A stretch of DNA of 58,300 nucleotides from NCBI GenBank assembly GCA_008632985.1, contig QPGO01000084.1:310001-368300 (forward strand), given 5' to 3'. The position numbers and the translations under genes were made by a program. Shown in pieces: positions 50,204-58,300 of the stretch. The stretch's first letter is position 1, and each line of letters begins with the position of its first letter. Below the pieces are notes generated by a model. It had not been told where the DNA came from. It saw only the letters and a program-made list of their open reading frames with translations, and ran no database searches. Origin of the DNA: Psammoneis japonica. Lineage: Eukaryota.

Positions 50204-52456
50204 ATGGCATCCAGAGTTACTACTGAGACTATTGATTGCAGCGAACCTTTGACATATGTGAATGGTTTGACATGTCTTAGGCGAATGAGAAATGTAAAGC
50301 TACCCACAAACAAAGAAGCCAAGGCGAGAAAGCAACAGAGTTATAGCCGACCTCGTAACGGGAAACGTAATTCAAGCGTGGATCCAACGCAACGCGAGGA
50401 AAGAGAAAGAAAACGGATTGGCAGTGCCTGTGACGGGCAAGATGGTGACGGAGCTCGTGCCAATCAAGCCAAAGTACAACGTAGCAACAGCCGACCCAAA
50501 CGCTCACGAAAGCATAAAATTCAAATACGCAGAAATGCAAAAGTGTCTCCAAATCTGAAACCGACCTTGACACCGTGCGACCTAATTCTACCGTCAACAT
50601 CAATTCATTTCTTTAGGGTGTACCACTGTCTTGCAAGAGCAAAGGTAGATGCAGGTATGTATCAATCGGCAGTTGAACTTTGCACTGATGCGTTGTTGTC
50701 GGGGTATTCAGAAATTGTCAAGCAAGTCAAACTCATTCAAAATAACCCGAAGTGCTACTCGTATGAGAGATACGAACGAGCGTTAGAATCACTCGATTCA
50801 GCGAGGACGTGTGTGGCAGGAATGTGGTGCTTGTACGCTCAAACCTTGATATCGATAGCTGACAGATTGGGACAAACGGAACAAACGGAGTCTTCCAGCT
50901 CGTCTCCCCAAAACGGGGTTCACTTAAAGACAACGAACGAGGATGTTCCCAAGAAACGACCAACAAGAGGAGCCAAGGACTTGAAAAGCTGCAAGACTGG
51001 CGAAGACAAAGGACACCAAGGCGAAGCATGCGTTGCACCTTCTGAAATTATCAGTCACGCAGTAAAATCCTTGATAAATGCTGGTTGGTGCCCAATCGTT
51101 GGAAACCACCCATGGATTACGATCGCGCTTTCCAGGTCCGTCTTCCAGTCATACTTAACGAACGATAACGAAGAAACGGTGGCATTTGTCAAGAAAAAGA
51201 TTGGAGTGGCGATCGATGTATGCAACGAGGGAATAATAAAGGCGGACGCTGTCTCGCCAGAGGATTTCACCAGGGAAACAAAATCACTGGATTGTGACGA
51301 AATCGTCTCGTTTCTTTGGAAGTATACCAAAATTCAACCTGAATCTGATAAGGACGACAAAGAGCCATTTGACGACCTTCGTGAGTCGCTCTCGAACCTG
51401 TATTCTATAATACCATGTCTTCAGCAAGCTCTTTCTGCGCGGTTCATGTTTCGTGACGAAGGCGGATCGTACATCTTGGACTATGAAGTGAATCGTTTAC
51501 ACGAACTTAAAGATAGCGTGAGCGAGACTGTGTCCTTGTGCTTGGTGAAGGGAGTCGATTACGATCTTACGTACGGATTTGATAATGAACTTGAGCTCAT
51601 GCGCGCTTTGATACTTGATGAGAGCCCAAAGTCACCGGCGGTCGGCAGTGCGTGCTTGGCTATCGAAAAAGTGGTTCCTCGTAAAGGTCTTGACCTTGGG
51701 GTGGCGTACCGTTCTCAGGAAATATCGTGGGTCCCGGTTGCTGTACGTGATAGAAAAGAGAGAGGTTATCTTGCAAAACAGTCGCCACACCATCGCAGTG
51801 GTTCAAAGTGCAATAGATCCTGTTGTCGCGGTGGCACCGGGTCTTTGTGGAATCTTCCAAGTCGTGCCGTCTACTCAAATGTTGAGTACGTCCCTCAAAA
51901 TGAGCTTTCTTCACTATCTCCCTCTTTATGGTGCAGGAAAGACAACGGCGAGTTACTCAGAATGATAGAGACCAAGACTCGTTCCTCGCTCGGTTACACC
52001 ATTGGACAACTTGTCGATCTGCTGGATTACGCGATCGAGTTATTTGAGGTGGATGAGTTCGAACTTCAACGGGCAAGAGGACTCCAACGGCAAGGAGAAA
52101 TGTCTATTGAACCAAGGATTTCTCCAGTAGCTCCACATTTTGTGGGTCAAGTTGGATTGAGGTGCCTGTTTTGCAGTAAATACGACGTCTTTGGCGCTAC
52201 TGGGTCTTTCGTCTTTCCAGAAAATCGAAAGGGGGTGTTGAAAGACGCATGCGATCTGTGCTTCTATCATCTTGATTCTTGTACAATGATGCCCCTGGAC
52301 GCACGCAAGCGGTACGAGGAATACAGGGGGAGAGTATCATTTGCGAGCCAACACGTAAGAGACTTTTGGATCGACACCTGTCGTTCAATGCTGCGATCAA
52401 AGAAAAAGGGGCAAGGAATTTGCTGGAGGAAAGTCAGCAGGATTAGCGGAAAATGA
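50204..52456 (+). CDS. Hypothetical protein with a C-terminal diatom-type GQVGLRC..C / H...C / W Cys-His domain
   Basis: Uninterrupted 750-aa frame, normal Tyr content, GQVGLRCLFC...FVFP...HLDSCTMMP...FW; start codon uncertain. Confidence 0.75.
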   Translation: MASRVTTETIDCSEPLTYVNGLTCLRRMRNVKLPTNKEAKARKQQSYSRPRNGKRNSSVDPTQREERERKRIGSACDGQDGDGARANQAKVQRSNSRPKRSRKHKIQIRRNAKVSPNLKPTLTPCDLILPSTSIHFFRVYHCLARAKVDAGMYQSAVELCTDALLSGYSEIVKQVKLIQNNPKCYSYERYERALESLDSARTCVAGMWCLYAQTLISIADRLGQTEQTESSSSSPQNGVHLKTTNEDVPKKRPTRGAKDLKSCKTGEDKGHQGEACVAPSEIISHAVKSLINAGWCPIVGNHPWITIALSRSVFQSYLTNDNEETVAFVKKKIGVAIDVCNEGIIKADAVSPEDFTRETKSLDCDEIVSFLWKYTKIQPESDKDDKEPFDDLRESLSNLYSIIPCLQQALSARFMFRDEGGSYILDYEVNRLHELKDSVSETVSLCLVKGVDYDLTYGFDNELELMRALILDESPKSPAVGSACLAIEKVVPRKGLDLGVAYRSQEISWVPVAVRDRKERGYLAKQSPHHRSGSKCNRSCCRGGTGSLWNLPSRAVYSNVEYVPQNELSSLSPSLWCRKDNGELLRMIETKTRSSLGYTIGQLVDLLDYAIELFEVDEFELQRARGLQRQGEMSIEPRISPVAPHFVGQVGLRCLFCSKYDVFGATGSFVFPENRKGVLKDACDLCFYHLDSCTMMPLDARKRYEEYRGRVSFASQHVRDFWIDTCRSMLRSKKKGQGICWRKVSRISGK

Positions 52457-52599
52457 GCAGACCCCATCGTCCGCGGCGTCTTGCGTGGGGATGACCTGCA
52501 ACGGGAAATGATGTTACCACTGCTCTAGCACTGTCGTCGGCAAAATACCTGGTCTTCGACCATAATAGTAGAGAGTCTTGCACATGCGTAAAGCCTGAC

Positions 52600-55500
52600 A
52601 CTCACCAACACGTTTTCAGCTGTTGTTTCTGCTACCGCCAACTTCAGGCGAAGTTTTTCCAAGGTCCAGCATGCTGGTGCTGCAAGCTCCAAGCACCCAG
52701 GGCTGATCCTCATCTCTGTGTGAGAGCCACTGTCAAACTTGTTGAACTTTTGCTTGTTTTGCTCTGCACTTTTAAGGCTCAAAACACCGGATTCATGCAG
52801 GGCGGAACTCACTAATTGCAGCTCTGCTTGTTGTGAGAAAAGACATGTTGGCTGTCACCAATGACAAAAGATTAGATCTGCAAAAGTGTGGGCCAAGGCT
52901 GTGTGGTTCAATGGCAAAAAAGAAACAACAAGCCCTCCGCACAGTGACAAAACATGTCTGCCAGGCCAAAAATGCCACAAAAAGAAAATTGGTTTGGGTG
53001 GGGGTTGAAAAAGCTTTTTCTGTGACCTCTGCACCACCAAAAAGACCTGCCAGAGAAACAGGGAGTCCCAAGCAGCATGACCATGAAACACCAAATTTCA
53101 CAATTGTGTGTCTTGTGCAGCTTGTTGCAGCTTGTCAGTGGGGTGGTGCACCAGCCACACACACACACACATCAGCAGTTTTTCTTCTCTGGCCTCAGCT
53201 CCTGCCAGGTGCTTTGTCATGCAACATTGTGTGAAGAAGTGCTCCAAAAGGACCTCAAGCTTGCCACCAAAAGTCAGCCTGTTGGCTGGCTGCCCATCAG
53301 AAGAATGGTTCAAATAACCCACAAAAAGAGGTGGTGTGTCAGCTGCTCACTGAGTGGAAAGCACCAAGGAGACTGGCTCCTGTTTGTGCCATTGCATGCA
53401 AGTGTGGCCAACTGCTGCCCTTTTCTCCCCACAACTTCTTTTGTTTCAAAATGGCAGTGGAAGCCAAAAAGCCACCAGAGAAGCCAAGTGGCCACAGACA
53501 CTCTGTGAAAATGTCTGCACTTTTTCCTGTCTGCTCCTTGCTCTGGGGTTGGAGGGAGCACTTCACAGCTCTGGTGAATCTTTTGTCCACTCCAGATATG
53601 CTCTCAAGATCTGCTTTGCTGGTGCCAAATTTTTTTCTGCTGCCTTCTCTGCTGCTGCGGCCAAATTTGTGGGTGACACTCTGTCAGTTGTGCAAATGCG
53701 GAGGCTCTTTCAAAGCAAAGCAGCACAATCAAGAGGACATTTGGTGACAGAATCTGCACCACACCATGCTTCCCATCCTGCAAGCCTTTTCATGTTTTCA
53801 CCCTCTCTTGTTCATGTCAGCCATTGGCGTCATTGTGCTCACAAGACTCAGAAGCATGGGGAGCTTGATTTGCCACCAAAAAATTCAGGACCAACAACCT
53901 CTCCACTCTTGTCTTTGTGATGTTGCAGCAATCTCTCTCGTGCTCAATTGTCAGAGAGAGGTGCTTTGGGAGAGCCAACGAAGGCACTCATCAACACCCC
54001 ATTGTTGCTGGCTCTGTGCTTTTTCATTCTAAAACATGCAACATCAGAGATTGCTGTGTGCACGCAGCAATGTGTTGGAATGTTGCAAACATTGTGCAAA
54101 CATGATGACTCACTGCCACCAAGCTAAAACACCGCTGATGCAAGACCATGCAGTGGCATTTCTTGATGCATGTGTGCAACCTCTTTTCCTTGATTGGTGG
54201 GACAATGAAGCAATGACAACCAGGGCTCCTGTGGTGACAAGTTGCTGCACTCAGGGAGAAAGCATGAGACGCGACCAGGAGCACTCACTTGTGCTTGAAA
54301 CAATTGCTCTGGGGTGTTGCATTCTGGGCAAGTGATGGATGTGCACTTTTGCTTTCTCACAGGACCGAGCAACCAGTCACCAAACACAAGAACTGTGACA
54401 GAGCAAGAACCCACCCTTTGAGGTGTGTCATCCATGCGGTGTCTGGAGTGTACAGTCGCTGGTCAACCTGTCTGGCAGGAGCTTGCACACAACGCAAACA
54501 TGGGCCAGGGCAGCACAGTGCAAAAAGCCTTGTGGTCACAAATCAAGGACCAGCTTAAAACTGGGACTCTGGTTTGCTGCCACATGTCCGCAGCCAGTGG
54601 GAGCAGCCACAGCGTCCCCTTTTTTTTGTTTGCAACAATCCTGGTCATTGATTGGCTTTCAAGGGAGCACATTTGCTGGTGCAGAGAGCCCAGTTTGTCC
54701 ATGGAGAAGCCTTTGCCCAACCATGCCTTTTTGCACAAGAATTTCACTGTCTGTTCAATGAAGTCAGGGCAAGCCAACAGCCACATGGCCTTTGCATTGT
54801 CGCGGTCATTGGCAGACCACCAGAAAAGCTTGTTGAATTCAATGGATGGATCCACACAAAGCTTTCCACAGAATTCGTGCATTTGGCCTGGGCAATGAGC
54901 AAAGCATGCTTGACAATTGTCTTGGTCTTCATTGTGACGCACACAGTTTGCCCTTCCAATTTGTCAAACAAAGCAAGACCCAGGGCTCTTGTCTGTTTCA
55001 GCTGCCCCACTGAAATGGAGTTTTTGTCTTCAAAGGAGGATTTGGTCTTGCCAGCATGCACATCTTGTGCTCTCCAGGGGTGTGCTGAAAGCAACCCCAA
55101 TCTTCATCTGCCTGTGTGTTCCCCCTGGGAGGGCAGCAATGAAATTTCATGTGATGAAAGTGACTCTTGATGCGTGCTGGGAAGTTTTCAAGGGACATCT
55201 CTTGAAGCTCCCCCTCCTCTGCGTTTTGGACAAATTGTGTTGTGCAGGGCAACACAAGCCTCCTGTTGTCCTTCACAGACCCAACAGAGTTGTCCTTGTT
55301 TTTCATCAAGGGTGGACAATGGCAAAAAGACGCGTTCCAGCCCTAGGTGGGAGCTCGTAGTACTGACGTGTGACAACAATAATTTTTATCATCCGTCGTA
55401 TGTTTCGTACGTAGATTTCTACGTGTGATATTTAAAAAAAAATTGTCCATACTCGCTGTTTTGCGAAGCCCCAGACGTTTTATATAACAAATTTATAGAA

Positions 55501-58050
55501 ACAATAATGCGCCAGTTACATTCTTCAATGTCTGAAGAATGTAACTGGCTAAGTAAAAAATGATGTACTTCAATCATGTGCGAGTTTGTGCGTTCGCAAA
55601 ATTGCCTCATTTTCTGTTGGCGATCATTGACATTTAAATTACCGTATAATTTTACTACGGAGCTCGCACGTAGAAGTCTACGGGCCCAATGTCACACGGA
55701 TTCCCACCTACGTCTGGAACGCGTCAAAAGGCCCACATCCTGCCCTGTTGCCATTGTTCGAATCAACACAACCTGCTGAGAACAAAATGAGCAACTGCAG
55801 TTGGATGGATTTTGAATGCTTGCTTCTGCACATGAAAGATGGAGGGAGAGAGCCACTCTCTTGCATGGCTCCAACAACCACAGCCTCAACAGTGTTGTGC
55901 GGTTGGAGCCACACTTTTGTTTCTTTTTGAGTGGCGCAAAAAATTTGTGTTGAAAAGCATCACCAGCAGGGCAGCTGCAACAAGGTTGGCATGCAACAGA
56001 CTGAAATGGAAATTTTTGCGGCCATCAACATGAGAAGATTTGTGCTCAACTCAAAAATGTTGCTCTGTTGGATGGGCACACACAGACATGCAGGGGTCGT
56101 GCCAATCACCACATGCTGTTTTCCCTCTTTTTTGGGGTCTTTCACACCAATGGAATCTTTCATTCAAGTGCTCTGCATTGTTTTGTGCTGATTGACATGG
56201 GCTGCTTCTGCAGCTTTTGCAACAAGACATGTGTCAAAAACAACACACACATCTGTCAAGACCCCTCAGAAAAATGACAGCCGTTGACCACTTCACCTGT
56301 GGGGTTCCATGTTGCTCCAGCATGTGATGTGCACACCAAACACCAATCACCACGATGAAAAACTTTGTTGCTCGTGTCATCTTGCAGCACCCATTTCAGA
56401 TGCAAGAAAGGCAAGAGAAAAACACACCAACTCAAATGTGCGCGATTTGATTGTGCAATTGGATTTTACATTTGAGATGATTGTTGTGCTTGTTGAGAGT
56501 GCCGTGTGGCCGTCAATGTTGCAATGGCAGTTTTCAATGTTTGTCGGGTGATGGGCGAGCGATGATGAACACTGTTTGTGTGTTGCACGTTCGTCGGTCA
56601 TTTCGCAGACAAGCACAAACAAAATGCCACCACAGCTGCAGCAAAATTGCTGAAACAGGACTCATGTTTTAGCAGATTTTGCTTCAAAGGATCTTTGAGA
56701 TTGCCGTGCATGCCCTCTGCTCTCTGCTCAGCTCCACTGGCCAGCAGGGGCAGAGAGTGAAGAGATTGCCGGCACAGAATGGATGTGGCAGCCAGACAGA
56801 GAGTGGGTGTGCAACAGCGGTTGTTGCCCTCATGGCATGAAGCAGCACAAATGATGAAGGAAGAGGAGGAGGAGGAGGAAAGGACAGGTGCAAAACATGA
56901 GTCACTTGTGTGTCTTTTTCACATGCTCCTCATGAACAAGAGTCTTTGGAGGTTGGCTTTTGTGCACATGCGAGTGCATGCTGTGAAGCACCAAAACACA
57001 TTTTTGACATGTGTGGAAATGGAAAGCATCATTTGAAGGAATTGTCCTTCTCAGTGGCTCTGGCAACTGCTGCAATGGGCAAAAAATGTGCGCTCAAATG
57101 AGTGTGTCCCCGGCAACAAGTGATGCAGCTGCGTGGATGTCTTGAAACAAAACCTGGCAACAAGTGCAGGGTGACACATTGCAGATGAACAAGAAGGAGG
57201 GTCTGTCAAGGACAAAAACACAAGTTTCTCCAGCGGTCATTCTTCTTGGCCCAGCCATCCCTGTTCCTTGGCATGTTGCAAGACAATTTTGGCCAAAACC
57301 TTGAGGAAGGGATCAAGTTCTGCGTGCTTGTCAATGTCAACGACACTTTTCACCAGCACAAGCACTGTTGCAGGCCTTGCAATCCACACCATTGCAACAT
57401 GAGCTTTGTGCAAGACAGTGAAGTTTGTCCAGACCCTTTGCAACCTTGGCCACGTGGCTCAACCATTGGGCTGTGCTCTGAGCTCTTGCAAAAACCGCTT
57501 TCTCCGATCCAACAAGCATGTGGCCAGCTTCAGCTGCCATTGAAACAGTGACACTTGAGATCATCACTGGCATTGTGAACAGCACACAGAAAAAATTTAC
57601 TCCAACTTGTGTCTCTGGAAGCCTCCCGGACCTCGAACGTGCTGCTGTCCATCACAACAAGCGCAGAGCGTGCCGCACCAATGCGTTGTGCATGGCTGGG
57701 CAAAACCCAGTGTGCATCAATCACATTTAAGACGACTCGAAAACGACAAAAGAATGTAAAAGCAACACTCTCATTGTCTCAGTCCTTTGCCATTGTCATG
57801 GAATGTGACAGCTTCGGAGACAAGAAAAATGGTGAGAGCTTGGGTAATGAGCACAAAATTCGCCCGTTCTCGAGAAAACACCCCGCGCGTTGAAACCGCT
57901 GTCGCCACACGCGTGCTGTGCACTGTGCAGCATTGGCGGTGAGTTGACGTGCTAGAAGAAAGCGTGGACAGATGTTCGCTTGGCCGGTTTCCAAGTGGAC
58001 CGAACATCATCGAGACAGGATGCATCGGTTTCTTTAGCAAACAAAAACAA
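52600..58050. other. TpA- and CpG-depleted hypermutated domain 3, content unidentified
   Basis: Almost no TA outside the MITE; many overlapping Cys/His-rich spurious ORFs. Confidence 0.85.
55329..55725 (+). mobile_element. MITE copy B (397 bp)
   Basis: Same TIRs, TSD AAAA, near-identical to copy A. Confidence 0.92.
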
Positions 58051-58300
58051 TTAGTCGATGCGTGGACAAATAGTACAAGCAATAATGTACTAAAAGTTCC
58101 TGGGTTCGATATCTTTCGCTGCTGCTACTAAACGGAAAGGACCATGGCAGTGCGGGGCTCGTGTCCTTTGAGAGCCTCGGAGAGACAAAACAAAAGTAAG
58201 ACTACGTTACAGATACTTTAGTCGCTACGTTCCAAGGAATCATGCAACGTCCACGTTGTTTGGACATCTGCCACCGTTCGAGTACAGTCGTCGGAGACCA

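Overview
Repeat-rich eukaryotic genomic DNA, very likely from a diatom (a HINT gene with a signal peptide plus AAF plastid-targeting motif, a diatom-type GQVGLRC-domain protein, diatom-type Ty3/gypsy elements). Ordinary-composition blocks (~1-7.1 kb, ~22.9-38.9 kb, ~49.2-52.6 kb) hold two apparently intact genes, several broken host genes (Ariadne-like, GT32, AKR7, GPCR-like, Mpv17, DBP4/DDX10) and a Mutator/DUF6729-like transposase. They alternate with three domains (~7.1-22.9, ~39.0-49.15, ~52.6-58.05 kb) that have lost almost all TpA dinucleotides and contain two full-length gypsy LTR elements, a CRE-like non-LTR fragment, a GH47 mannosidase gene fragment and a MITE family. Main finding: paralogous copies inside the window show directly that TpA was converted to TpG or CpA (A>G on either strand, preferred target 5'-TAY-3'), near saturation and restricted to domains. 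This looks like a RIP-like, repeat-directed hypermutation system acting on A:T pairs. Second finding: one gypsy pol carries a degenerate C5 DNA-methyltransferase-like domain between RNase H and integrase, and its LTRs have non-canonical CTT...AAG termini. All protein calls are from motif recognition by eye; no searches were run.
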